A DNA stretch of 63,543 bases, counting the filler, from Basidioascus undulatus (taxonomy: Eukaryota), in NCBI GenBank assembly GCA_000826855.1. It is 7 parts of 7 records of this genome, joined end to end, with 100 filler letters (N's around TTAATTAATTAA, not from the genome) between each part and the next. Parts side by side here need not be neighbours in the genome. Positions count along the whole stretch, not along the records: positions 12,286 to 39,046 come from JTLS01000182.1; 6 more parts are not named here. One strand, 5' to 3'. A program made the translations under genes and the position numbers. Under the pieces are notes generated by a model. That model was given only the letters and a program-made list of their open reading frames with translations, was not told the DNA's origin and did not search any database. Below are positions 23,526-36,289 of the stretch, one piece after another (position 1 is the stretch's first letter; the number at the start of each line of letters is the position of its first letter).

Positions 23526-26500
23526 ATGGGCCGCCCCGCCCGGCCCCTCATCCTCCTCCTCGCCCTCCTCGCTGCGTGCGCGCTGTCTGCGCTCGCCCAC
23601 CAGCAGAGGGTATTGAAGACCAGTCCTGGTGGGAGAGCGGGCAGGGTACCGGGGGAACCTGCTGATAAGAAGAATGGTACGCTGCTTCCTTCCTGTGTGC
23701 TGGCCGGTCCGCGAGGCTGCCGGTCCGCGAGGCTGACCGCCTTTACCCACAGACGACCCATCTCAGGAGCCCCCTTCCGAACGTGAGCTTTCGACAGGTT
23801 ACTCTGCCTGAATTTGTGTTCCTCAATGCTCATAATTTCAAACCCTCCCAGCAACTCCCCTCTCCCTCGCGCTCTCCCTCCTCACCCAGCTCTCGCACGC
23901 CCCCTCCCCGCCCTCCAATCCCCAACCAGCGCTCTACGTCCCGCCTTCGCCTCTGACGCCTCTTGAAGCGGCGATCGACTATATCCGCCCGTCCTGGCTC
24001 AAGGTCCCCTCCGCCGCGGGGGGCTCCAAACGCGAGAGCTGGGCCGAGCGACGGGCCGGGCGCGTGCTCGAGCTGCTTGAGCGCGCTGTGGCCAAAGGAG
24101 GCGAGGAGGCGGAGGAGGCAAGGGGGGTTTGGGCGGATTTGATGCTGGTGCGTTTTTTACTTGAAATGAATGTTGGAGTGCGAAAGGGCTGACGAGGGAG
24201 AGGTGCGGGGATGACAGCGAGCCCCACCGCCGTTCAAGCAGAACGCGACCAGGGCGTTCGAGCTTTACTCGGACCTCGCGTCGAGGACAGGGAACGCGAC
24301 CGCCCACGCTGCGCTCGGGTTCTTCTACGACACTGGCTACGGTGGGGCGGTCGAGCCGCATCCTGGAACGGTGTGTCTTCTTTCCCTTTCCGCTCTTCCC
24401 TTCCCTCTTTGGTCTTCCTGTCCTGGTTCTGATAAAAGGAGATCGGCATACGGATTAGGCACTCCTGCATTATATCTTCGCCGCGCTGGGCGGTGACACC
24501 GGCGCCGAGATGACGCTCGCGTACAAGCACTGGGTGGGCATCGGCGCTGAGCAGGACTGCGAGGAAGCGTTGGGGTGGTACCAGCGCGTGGCGGACAAGG
24601 GTGGGTCCATTCCTCCATTTCCCCCTCCCTTCTCCTTCCGTGCCTTTCCACCCTTCTCCGACCGCTCATCTGAATTAATGGGGGATTGATAGCGATGGCG
24701 CACTACCACGCCGGCCCACCTGGCGGGCAACGCCTGCCGCTCACCAAGACGCGCCTGTCCGATCTTGCAGGCGGTGCGTACGGCCGGGGAGCGAGCGTCG
24801 CGAGTACGGGCAATAACGTCATTCGGCCGGCGATCAAGGCTGGCCGCGCGAAGGAGGCGGGCGAGAGCTGGGACGAGCTGCTGTGCGTTTGGGTCTCCCT
24901 TGCGTTTCACCTTTTGCTTCCCCGCCACGACGTAATCCGCCAGGCTTCGTCTTTCTGCGGTTGCCACAATGTGCTTCAAGCGGGTACTGACGTGAGCGAC
25001 GACCACAGCGAGTTCTTCTCCTACTCCGCCTTCCAGAACGAGCACGCCTACGCGCTCCGCCTCGGGCGGATCCACTACCTCGGCTCGATCTACCCGCTGC
25101 CCTCCAACCAAGCCGACGGTGCCGGCGAGGTCCCGCGGAACTACGCGAAGGCGCTCTTCTGGTTCCGGCGCGTCGCGCGCCTCGTCTGGGGCGAGGACGC
25201 GCGGCGGAAGGAGGTCGACCCGGGCGTGGAGCAGCTTGCGGGCATGGCCGCAGGGTATCTGGGGCGGATGTGGATGAGGGGCGAGGGCGTCAGGGAGGAT
25301 ATGGAGAGGGCGAGGATGTGGGCGGAGAGGGGGGCGGAGCTGGTGCGTCGCTTCTTTTTCGTGTTTGTTAGGGGAGGGGAGGTGCTGATGGAGCTGGGAC
25401 GCGGAACAGGGCGACCCGGAAAGCCACTTCCTCCTCGGCCTGATGCTCCGCGACGGGCTCGGCGTCCAGCCCAACTTCCAGAAGGCCGTCGCGCACTTCC
25501 AGACGGCGGCGCAGCACCACCACCCAGAAGCGTACATTGAGCTCGGGAAGATCTACGCCGGTGCGTTGCCCCTCCTACCCGTGCCTTGCCCCCACTGGCT
25601 AACGGTTGAGTTTGTGCCGCGCTCAGCAAACGGCGACACCGCCCGCGCAACGCAGCACTTCGAGTACGCCGTCGCATCCGGCAACGCGTTCGAGGCGTAC
25701 TACCACCTCGCGTCCTCCGTCTCGCGCACATCGTGCCCCGCGGCTGTCGCCTACCTCAAGCTCGTCGCCGAGCGTGGGGACTGGACGCACGCTGCGCCTG
25801 AATGGCGCGATGCGCAGATCCGCTGGGCCCGCGCGGCCGAGTGGGGCGACGAGAAGGGCCGTGGGGAGCGCGAGGGCGCGCTACTGGGGTGGTGGAGGTT
25901 GGCCGAGAGGGGTTACGAGGTGGCACAGAACAATGTGGCGTTCGTGCTGGATCAGGGTGCGTTCCGTTCTCCCCCCACTCCTTACATTTTGCTGCTTCGG
26001 ATATGTCGAGCTTCCACGGCTCACGGAGTTCGATACCACAGACAAGCAGCGCATCCGCCTCCCGCACCTCGACCCCGCACCGTCGAACAGCTCTGCCGCG
26101 CTCGCGCTCACGCACTGGGCGCGCTCGGCCGAGCAGCACCAGATCGACTCGTCCGTTAAGGAGGGCGACTACTACTTCTACGGCCTCGGCACGCCCGACG
26201 GCAAGCCCGACTACCAGCGCGCTGCCCAGATTTACTTGGGCGCTGCCGAGACACACGTCAGCGCGCTCGCGCTATGGAACGTCGGGTGGATGTACGAGAG
26301 GGGCTTGGGTGTGCCGCAGGTGCGTTGCGGGCCGGGATTCCTCTATCATCTCGTTTTCGTGCTAAACAGGGATTGGGCCGCACAGGACTTCCACCTGGCC
26401 AAGAGGTACTTCGACATGGCGCTCGACACGGATGAGGAAGCCCTCGTTCCCGTCGTCCTCTCCCTCATCGAGCTTCATCTCCGCAGCCTTTGGGCGCGCC

Positions 26501-26898
26501 TCACAGGCCAGAACGAAAAGGCGCTCTCCATCTTCGGGCCGTCGCGCGCGCACCACCAGCGCTCCTCCTCCTCCTCCCACGACGACCGTCCCGCGCCCGC
26601 CCCGAAAGCAGAGGACGACGTCGAAGAACGTCGTCCCCCGCGAAAGAACCGGCACACGGACGACTGGGCGCCGGAAGCGGACCTGTACGCGGACGCGTGG
26701 GGCGACGCGGGCGACGCGGACGCGGACCTAGACGATGAACTCGTGGAGAGCGCGCTGATTCTTGCGCTCGCGGGTGCGCTCGCCGCGCTGGTCTGGGTTA
26801 GGGGAGTGGTGGTGAGGAGAAGGAGGGAGGAGGCGGAAGCGCGGGTGAGAGGGGAGAGGAGAGAAGGGGAAGGGGAGGGGCGCGGTGCAGGGCAATGA
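23526..26898 (+). CDS. HRD3: HRD3/SEL1L ERAD substrate adaptor (Sel1-like repeats)
   Basis: Signal peptide; [120 protein letters not shown]; C-terminal TM helix. Confidence 0.93.
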
Positions 26899-27235
26899 TG
26901 AAGATGGCGTTTGAACATTGAATGTTGAGTGTTGGGTGTGTGTCTGCGCTGCAAGCGCGTTTCGGGAGCGAGATGGGGTCAGAAAAGGGGCTAGGAGCAG
27001 AAAGCTCGGATGCTAAGGATGGACGACTGGACAGCTCAGATATGGAGAGGGCGCTTTACATAACTCACCCCTAGGTTGCATCTCGTAAAGGAGCACGAAG
27101 AGGCGGTCGGCTCGGCAGACCTTCTGTCCTTTCTGGAATAGTGAGTGCATTTGGGGGAGATGCAGTGCGGATGAGACTACGGAAGGAGGCGAGAAGAAAG
27201 GTTAAAGAGGTATCAAAGCTGAGTTCTCATGCATT

Positions 27236-27308
27236 GGCCGCTTAACTCAGTTGGTAGAGTGTTTGCTTAACACGCAAAATGTCGCAGGATCGAGCCCTGC
27301 AGTGGTCA
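27236..27308 (+). tRNA. tRNA-Val(AAC)
   Basis: GGCCGCT/AGTGGTC acceptor; ACTC/GAGT D-stem; TTTGC-TT-AAC-AC-GCAAA anticodon arm; T-arm GCAGG-ATCGAGC-CCTGC; T-runs downstream. Confidence 0.92.
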
Positions 27309-28129
27309 TTTGTTTTTGGGCTTTTTTGCTGCTTTGCGTACTGCATTTCCTCGCCGAACGGCGCTCGTCTTCCCACCGTCTTTGAGAGTGCGCCACAAAT
27401 GCTCAGATCTGAATAGAAATTGTGCTGCTTTGGCAGTATGTCCCTCTATACCCTTCACATGTGCAACTTCTTTCACTGTTCAACGTGGTCCACTCGTTGG
27501 CCCATGGCCATGGGCGACTCCCAAATGATAGGCTAATCTCGGAAGAATCTTCCTAGGTTGTATTACCGCGGTGCACCAATCCTAGTCACAATCCTTTCAT
27601 TAGTTCTGCAGGTCTTTGTGAGCGTACGACCAAGTACGACGCAGGCATCCGGGGCCTCCCGAGTCCTACAGGGGTTGCCGTCGCGGGCCGCCCAGACGAG
27701 ACGCCAGATTCAGCGCGGTGGTGCGTTGCCCACTCCCATCAATCAACTCATTCTCTCAGCCAGATTCTCGGGAGGTTCAAAAGCCGTATCTACCACAGGT
27801 TGTCCGTGATTCCCTATAGTGCTTAGGGTTTGCTCGAAGGGCGGACTGGACACTGGGCATGATATTGGCCATTGAGGAGGTCTTCTCGCTAACCGCCGCC
27901 CAAGGTCGAGCGCAGGAAGAAGAGAATCTTGGGTGGTTCTCAGACAGTGGTGAGCTCCCTCCGTCGATTCCTTGTATCAACATGAGATGCTGATCCCCTT
28001 GGGGGCCGGCGTTACAGTCTGCGATCATCAGTGCGTCTGCAGCGGCTCAGGTTGCCCCTTGCCTTAACGCGACGTAGAACGCGCTGACACCCCTTTCGGT
28101 TCGCCCTTCTACTCAGTGCCGTGATCTAG

Positions 28130-29529
28130 CTCATCCTCGTCCTCAGCCTCAGCCTCGTCGTCCAGCTCGTCTAGCGACGAGTCCGTCGTGATTGTCAAGG
28201 AGGGAACTTCAAAGCGCATACGCGGAGGGCGTGCCTACCCAGGCCAAGGACGAGGGGGGGCCGGGTTCGAAGAAGCACAAAGCTTCGGCTACTGCTGCTC
28301 CGAAGAGCGCTCAGTCGGGAGCGGATCAGGCAACGCACGGGAAGGTGAGTCTAATAGCTTGATGTCGAGCCCGAACGAAGGCTTCTTTGCATGTTTCTGA
28401 TCATCCCTCTATAATTTTAGGGCCAGGCGTCCCAAAAATGCTTTACGTGAAGGTGAAACAGCGAAATCCCTTCAATTCCTATTCTGCAGCCGTCTAACGC
28501 TTGGAACTGCACAGCTCGGGAGCGATCCCAAGAAGTGGGCGGTGGACTCGAACGTCGCACTGGCTCCCGACACTTTCTTTTCCAGAATGTACCCGAAGCT
28601 TTTGATCCAGTCCACCAGCCCACCTGGGGCTCTCGCAAACGTCTGATCTCGGTCTCCGTCAAAAAGTGGCAGCGGACGAGACTTAAGAGCGTTGAAGACT
28701 TGTTCACCTCCCTCCGAAAGTGAGACAGTTCTTCGCAATATCGGGCTACTCTCGAAGCTGATACCGTTGAGCTTCCAGAGGTGCTGTTCCACGCGGCCGT
28801 CCTGCTCCGCTCAGTCTCAGAGAGACTGCGCAAGACTGGGGTTTCCTCGTCGTCGTCTAGTGAGTCGACTCCGCACTAAGCAATATGCCACTCCACCGCC
28901 TCATATGGTTACTATTACTTTGTCGCCCATGGCCCTGAGCCTCTCACGCATCGTACAGATATGAAGGAGCAACCAGCTGCACCCTCCTCCGCCGCACGAC
29001 CCCTCAGACGGAAACCGCCACGCACGCCGGCTTGCGAGCAAGCGGTATCGGCGTCGACATATCGTTCGTCGGCTTCCTCTCTAGGTCACCCAATCACAGC
29101 ACCCGAACTCGAAACCCTCCTCGCTCGCCGCGGCCTCGGCCCAAACCTCACCGATGAGCGCGACCGCCTCGGCAGCAGAGCGCCTACCGCCTGGACGTCG
29201 CCCGTTCATCGACGTTCGAGGCGTTCGGTAGCTTCACAGCGAGCGTCCCTGCCTTCACCCATGGGTGCGATCTTGGCGAGCGCAACGGTTGCGTGGCCGG
29301 GACGGTCGCGCTCTGGTCGAAGGAGGCTGTGGCGGCCAACGCGGCTGTGTTCCTCGGCGCAAAGGGCCTCGACGAGACGTACAAGTCACTGGAGCGAGGG
29401 ACTAGGTCGTCTATGTCACGAAGAGTGAAGAAAGAGTGCTTGGAGAATTTGGAGGGTGCTGTTGCAGCGGCGAGGAAGAAGGCTGAGAGAGACCTGAAGA
29501 AAGCGGCGAGGGAGCTGGCGTCCGACTAG
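28130..29529 (+). pseudogene. Degenerate gene of unknown family
   Basis: Ser-rich segment, GTGAGT introns and a protein-like helical C-terminus (WSKEAVAANAAVFLG..ARKKAERDLKKAARELASD*), interrupted by stops and frameshifts. Confidence 0.3.
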
Positions 29530-30804
29530 CTGTCGCATTTGTATTGTTTTTGCATCATATCGCTTGGGCTTCAAAGGTTTGAGATGCTTTGTTGGTTGAA
29601 ACACTCATTCCCTTGGTCTCAACTACTGTACTGTCCGACCCTCTGAAAAACAGAATCTCCAAAGCTGATCAATGCTGGCCTTATCTTGTCTGCCGCAGCC
29701 TGGCAGATCGGTGAGGGTAGCTTCGCATACCAGAAGCATTCCACCCACATCCAGCCTGCCCACCGCCTGTCTTGGAACCGCTTGATCCGCTCGCGCAAAA
29801 TTTCGTTGGTCTCCGGCGTAAAGGCTGTTTTTCGTAGTCACCCACTGGCAGCATGGTAACCCACTGGCAACCAGGGTCCACATTTTCACGTGCTTGACAA
29901 ACCTACTCAAATGCATTCACGACACCCATTGAACGCAATCGTGATCCTACGGAGGACATGCATGAAATCAGCGGGCACATTTCTTCCTGGAGACCGCAGC
30001 CGGAGGCAGCCGTCGGATGGCGCTTGCGTCATGTAGCTCCTCCCCTTACATAGAGACCATATCTGGCGGTCCATAAAGAACAAATGTTTTTCATTGTTTT
30101 GTAGGAGTGGCTGGTTCCGCAGTGGGTATAAGCACTGTAAGCGCCAGCGGAAGCGGCAGTGCGTGCAGGTCTTTGCACACGCATACCACACGATCCTTCA
30201 ACGTAATGACGTTCTCGCTGAAGAAGCTTGCATGGTACTCATGGTCAAGGGTCGACTCTAACGATAATCACCAAGCGGTGGCGCAGCTGCACTAGAGGAA
30301 CGTGGGCTGCACGTTGCGCAAGAGTCATTCACATCATAATCTTTATCTTGAGCAGTCTACTTCGGAAATTGAATGTGGGGACACCGCCCATTACAGCACA
30401 CAATGGGGAGAAGGTATCAAGCACCTCCATTAGCCCATCACCGAGTGGAAAACTGCTCACTAGAGACCGTGATGATGGTACTGCGGCCGTCGGGCCAACT
30501 CGGACAGCGGGCATGTCCACGACGGTTGAGGTGGCCCCAGCTGGACCCTTACGCCGTCCTGCCAGACCGTGCTACCTTGACTGAATCAAGGCCTGCGGAC
30601 AGCTAACTCGGGCAATGGCATGCACTGATCCAGTAGGTACTTTTCGGATCCGGGGGACTATCATGTACAAGCAGCCACTGCACGCCTAGGGGTTGAAGCC
30701 ACTCGGTCGAGCTTTGCTCGTTGTCTGACACGCGTCTTGTTGGCTCTTGACTCTTATCTTCCGCCTTCCACTGCTCAGAACATCATCCGACTACGCTGAA
30801 GAAT

Positions 30805-32130
30805 ATGCAGATTCCTTTCGAGCTTTCCGTGTATGCCTCTATGCTGGCTTATCACCTCTACAATGGAGGTCGAACATATAGACCGACGAACCATACGAGT
30901 GAGTCATCATCCCAAACTCTATTTCTCACAATACGTCGGAGAGGCCGTTTTTGCACAAATACTCACTTTCCGGTCATCAACGTAATTTACAACCATACAG
31001 TTGTGCAGATCCACACAGCAGCATCAATCCTCGAGCTACTTCGCTATCACCTACCCACCGCCAAGCAGCAGGCCGACGGGCCCGGCCTCTTTGAGCTCGC
31101 GCTCTGCTTCATCCAGAGCGGCACGAACCTTTTTCTGGTGCGCAAGCTCCGCAAGGGGAACCCTGGCATTGTCCGTAAGTAATTGCCCCCTTTGTCTCGT
31201 CACTCTCAGTCAGCTCAGTTCTGACTTTCGACCGGACAGGCCCGACGTATCAAGCTGGGGCTTTGTTCCGACCGTTCCTAATCCTCCTCGCCCTCTTCCA
31301 CCCTTCCCAACGGACACGAGCTGCAAGTTACAGCGGCTCCGTCTCCAGCCTTCACGCCTTTGTATGGACGCGTGCACTCATCTTCGTGTTATCGACCGGC
31401 CTGCCGGAGAAAGACTTCCGTGCGGCAGTCAACCGACCTGAAATCTATACTTGCTCCGGTGTGCAACTTGCCCAGTAAATACTTCCATTTGGCGGATTGC
31501 TGATTAACTTACGCATTGCAGTGCTCGGAGGGGCGCTCATCGCCACGGCCCTGGGAGGGGGCATCGTGCCGTATGTCGGCACCGTCATGCTCGTAATGCA
31601 GATTTCAAAGGCAGGGTACAGCTCATAATGGCATAATTGCATATTTCGTGCTGACATTTTACATCAGGTTGTTTCTGCGCGGACACGCTTTCCGGAGTAC
31701 GTTCGTTTCTCTCGCCGGACAAACCGCATCGCGCAACCTAACGCGTACGATTGCAACGTGCTGTTGCCCCGTCACCAGCCCTTCAGCGCACACCTACCGC
31801 ATTTCCGCGTTCCTGGCCCGCCTTGGGTTTTCGGACCTAGCTACACTCGACCACGTCCTGAGAATTGCTCCTCAAACTGTCTGCAGCCCCTACCTTTCCC
31901 GCGACGACGTTCCTCCCACGATCCCGTCTTCCATGGATTCGGGCAGCGTCAGTCTCCCTACGTCTCCTCTTACACCGCCTCTCAGCCGCAACATCTCGCC
32001 GTACCACCCTACCTTACAAACACTGCAGCAGACGCGCGTTCCAGTTATCGGTCTTCTTCCGGGCGACGCGTTTGGGGCGTGGGTTGCAGGCTGGGCAGAG
32101 CGGTTGGCGGCGGATCGGCAGCTGGCTTGA
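30805..32130 (+). CDS. Multi-pass fungal membrane protein of unknown function
   Basis: Multi-exon; IHTAASILELLRYHL, KLRKGNPGIV-RPTYQAGALFR, SLHAFVWTRALIF, VLGGALIATALGGGIVPYVGTVMLVM; several hydrophobic helices. Confidence 0.6.
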
Positions 32131-32489
32131 ACGGTTGTTTTGGGCGTTTTGGAACAGCTTATGTGTAATGATTTCCCATCCACAGTCTTCTGTGTTTGCT
32201 TATTTTTCCGAGACCTTTGTACTCTGAACAGGGACAAGGAAGGGTTTGGAACACTGTGGTGGTAGTTTTTGCAGTCATAAGAAAAGGAATGGACAGTACG
32301 GCGGACGTGGGCATTCAATTTAACGATATGGAACATCGGAAGAGTATCCTTCGAAGGTGGTTCCCCAAACCCGCCTGATTGTTTGACACTACAGCTTTCA
32401 CTCGCCCTTGCGCGAGGGACGCGCGAGCTGTCCGCGGCGTTCTTGTCTTCTTCCCATCACACGTCCTGCTCCTCCGACTGACCCGGTCA

Positions 32490-33561
32490 ATGGTTTGGAA
32501 AGTGCTCTTCGATCGCGTCGCTGCATACAACGCTTCGGAGTACGACAAGGTGCTCAAACTCCTCAATAGGGTCAAGTCTTCCCGTGCCTCGTGACAAGCT
32601 CCCTGCCAAAGCTGACCTCGGGCTGGCTCACCGTCATGCACACCGTCTCAATAGGAATGGAACATGCTGCGGTGCACCATTTGAGGTCTCAGGTCGCCCG
32701 ATAGATGCTTTGAACGTTGTCAAGCGTTCACGAAATGTCCTGTTACGCTAACGCATGCTTCAAATAGGGATATGTTCGATCAGCGAAGCTCTTCATCCTC
32801 ATTTCGAAACCTTCCTCGGCGCTCTCAGTGCTCAGCGTCGCCGAGTCTCGGGTATCGTCCCCTCTCGAAAAGGCACGCGTCGATCATTTTCAGAAACTCC
32901 CGGTTGAGGAATTCCACTTCATCGCTTCACACGTCGACGACCCTATCCTCTTCTTGCACGTCTGCGCTGCTTAGCGGAGCGCCGCCCTCAGCTCGCCCAC
33001 CCTCTGGCGGACTCTCGTCGTCGGCAAGAAGCGACCAAGGCAGAAGATCAAGTTCATCGAGCGCTCTGAGTCGCGGCTCGACACCGTCCACCTTCACATC
33101 CCCGACGACTCGCACTTCTGCGCTATCGGCATGTATCTACGCCCCTGCGTTGACATCGTCCGAACGCTCGATGTCGTCTCCTCCTCTCCTGTCGAAGGGA
33201 AACGTTTCGTTAAAAGCTGGCCTGGCGAGTTGGAAAACTTGCGCCTCACCGCTACCGAATGGGGTCCTCTTCTCGATCTAGCCGGGTTTCCCACCGTTCG
33301 ACGCTCGCTCAAACTCGATAACTCGTGTTCCCAACCTCGCCTGATGCTCTGCACTCCTTCCATTACCTCCGAGTTCTTCGACTCTCAATGTCTACACATG
33401 CGCCCACGTCGTCACCAAACGTGTCTTGGTTTCTGAGTACCTCGCTCGTGTCCTGGGTTCTGAACGGCAAGTTCAAATGGACTGGGCAAGTGCTCATTTC
33501 TTCCTGGGCGATCAAGCGGGACGCCCAGGGGGCGGCGACTCATATGGTCTTCATGAACTAG
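32490..33561 (+). pseudogene. TPR + F-box (Pof3/Dia2-like architecture) pseudogene
   Basis: N-terminal MVWKVLFDRVAAYNASEYDKVLKLLNR (TPR-like); F-box DHFQKLPVEEFHFIASH..LHVCAA*RSAALSSPTLWRTL, where the expected W codon reads TAG (about 32971-32973). Confidence 0.6.
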
Positions 33562-34486
33562 CCGAGTGGCGGAGATGGGCGGTATCGCGGAGCTGATATA
33601 GCTATAGGACAGTGCCTAGCGCCCAGGCATAACACCTGATCGCGGCGCTTGCAAACATTTGAAACGTGTTCATGTGAAAGTTTACATAGTCTGTTGCTTC
33701 CTCTCGAGTTGTTCCAGACATGCGCTCTATGTGGATCCCGTTGGAAGTCAGCCTCCCGCTGCTATTTGAGATGTGCTCGCCGGCCTTGATGCGTCCAGGA
33801 GGTCCATGCATTGGAAGTTTCTATGTGATCAGTTTCATCGTCTTGTGCCTCATCCGGTTCTGTAATGCAGTGAGCTTCCTCGCCTAGGCCTTTCCGGTCG
33901 GTGCAACGATGATGTGCTCACGTTGTAGTAGCGATTCGACACTTGCCATTCACAGCATGTACTTTCCTGAACCTATGAGCAATATTCTTATGCATAAATA
34001 TGTACCGGAACAGTCACATATCTACAGCATCACATTGACCGTGGAGCCACTTCAACCGGTGTACGGCTTCGTCAAGTGTTGAAAGAGCGAGGGGATCGTG
34101 GAATAAGCCAAACACCCTTAGGCTCTGAACCCTTAATTATAACATAGAAAACTGAGCCTTACTTTTGTAAACAGGAGAGAAGGGCTCAACCGTGATCTCC
34201 ATAAACATCGAAGACCACGTGCAATTCCTGCATAAACCAGCGGCGTTTCGCCCTGTCCCGACCGAGTCGGATCACTCACAGAATTGTAAAACACTGAAAA
34301 AAATCCATCATCTCCGTCCTTCTACTCCAGAAAGTGGCTGGAAGGGCTGTGCCCACTGTATGCACGTCCGTGCCGCGTCCTCGGACACGGCAACGAGCTT
34401 GTTGCCGGGGTGAGGTCCCCACTTTCTCCATCCGTTCCATCATCCCAAAGGCCCACTCCGAGACACAATCATCTTCTCTCCCTGAA

Positions 34487-35577
34487 ATGCCGCCCAGGTT
34501 GATGTTGATACACCCTCCCGGCGACACCGGGAACCCTTACGATCCAGCCTCGATGTTGTTCAGCGGCATCCCTGAAATCGACGCGATGCTCATCGCGGAG
34601 CGATCAGCGGGACGCCGGCGCACGTCCATGCGCACATGGAGTCGCTCACCAACCCCGCCAAGCGCGAGGAGTTATATCCGCCAGATGGAGGCGGACAAGA
34701 AGGAGCGCGAGCGCACAGGCGGGACGGAGTGGGAGATGATGCTGCGGGAGAAGGACGAGTGGGCGAGGGTGAGTTGACAGGGAAGCAATCTTTCCAAACG
34801 TTGGAGACCTCAGTGGTGTGAGACGATAGTCCTGCAAGCCTACAAGGCGATCGACCGCAAGGTGTGTGGCAGTGGGGGCGCCGCTGCGGCTGCGTTCAAG
34901 CGTTTTTGCATCGTATGTACGCCGACACGTGAGGAACTTTGCAGGGCAACGCCTCCTGAGTGCGCCTACATCATCTACTCGGCCTGCATCAAGCTCGCCC
35001 CGCGGAGTCCATCTACTGGCTCAACCGCTCCCAAGTCAGCTTTCAGCTGAAGATGTGCGTCCGTCGCGCGTTTTCCCTTGCGGTTGGCACCAGTCGAGCT
35101 GACAGGCGGGGTCTCCCATCAGGTACCGTAACTCCGAGGACAACGCGAACAAGGCGGAGGAGGACGACACGGGAAACGTGAAGGCGCTCTTCCGCCGCGG
35201 AAAGGCGAGGAGGATGCAGGGCAAGCTGGAACAAGGTCGAAAGGGTGCACTCGAGGCTCAAATTATCTCCCTTCTTCTCATCGTACAAGCTAAATTTGAA
35301 TCTTTACAGACCTCGAAATGGCGCTCGCCTACACAACGCGCAGATCCTGTCCGAGCTTGCCGAGGTGGGCGTGCTCGACGTCAAGAGCGCCGACGAGCTT
35401 GCGGGCTGGGTCGTAAAGCAGGGCGAGATTGTGGAGGAGTGGGAGCATGCATCGTTTGTGCGGGACACGGACGGGAGGAAGAAGGCTATCGCGAAGGTGC
35501 TGGTGGACGTTGAGGAGCCCGGGGCGGCGCGCGAGCTGCTGAAGGGTTGGGATATCCGGTACGTGACCATTAACTGA
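34487..35577 (+). CDS. TPR-repeat protein, apparently frameshifted (possible pseudogene)
   Basis: AYIIYSACIKLAP/ESIYWLNRSQVSFQLKM-YRNSEDNANKAEEDDTGNVKALFRRGKARRMQGKLE is a TPR consensus; the frame changes inside exons. Confidence 0.6.
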
Positions 35578-36289
35578 AGAAGGTAAAGTGGGGCAACGGA
35601 AGGAAAAGAGGTTGAAATTGACCATGCACTTTACCACAATAAAGCTTCTTGAAATTCTGGTGCAGCGACGGCCGCAAGAACAGATCTTGACAGCCGCACT
35701 TTCTCGAGACAGCCGCGACGCAAGTCTGGGTGCTTCCGGGACTCTGTGGTGTAATACTAATCTGTTTCCTCAAGCAATTACTCAGTCTGGGCGGTGAGCT
35801 CGATCAGCTGGCGCATGAGAAAGGAACGCGAACTTCCTTCAGCGTGATGGATTGCTACCGTCAACGGTTCTCCTTGGAAAACCGTCGTTAAAAATGGCAC
35901 TGGTATTTTCAAAACAAACTGAAGACTCCCTCCCTTACTGAGAGCGTCCTTGAAGTAAGTATTGCCACCCGCTGACTATCAGCACTCATCGCATTGACAT
36001 TCACCCTGGAGGGATTGACGGGAAAGGAGGGTTTGGGGTGGTTCTCCTCAACTATGTCAGAGTTTCAAATAAAAGCTGGTACGAAGGGAAAAAGCCCAGC
36101 AAAACCGGACACGAGGATAAACACTTGCGGGGTTTCTTCACAACAAGGCTCGCGCCGCTGCCTGGTTGGTGCCCCCTTGAGCAGACGCCGCCATCATATC
36201 TCCCAACACCCCCATCGCTCTTCGCAAGCCCATACCGGTTTTTATCTCTCACGCTTTCGCCAATACCCCCCAAACTCGATCATAGCTGT

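Noticed and set aside
23705..23736. 16-bp tandem duplication CGGTCCGCGAGGCTG(C/A) in HRD3 intron 1
   Set aside because: A small intronic duplication next to the branch point, with no evident function.
29825..29870. Duplicated GT(C/A)ACCCACTGGCA motif
   Set aside because: Only two copies, with no terminal inverted partner or TSD found.
32960..32985. In-frame TAG at a conserved Trp as evidence of codon reassignment or readthrough
   Set aside because: The same genes also carry frameshifts, and core genes use TGG for Trp and TAG/TGA as stops (for example TRM5 ends in TAG).
33600..34000. Minus-strand protein-like fragment (EEATDYVNFHMNTFQMFASAAIRCYAW)
   Set aside because: Too short and degraded to assign to a family.
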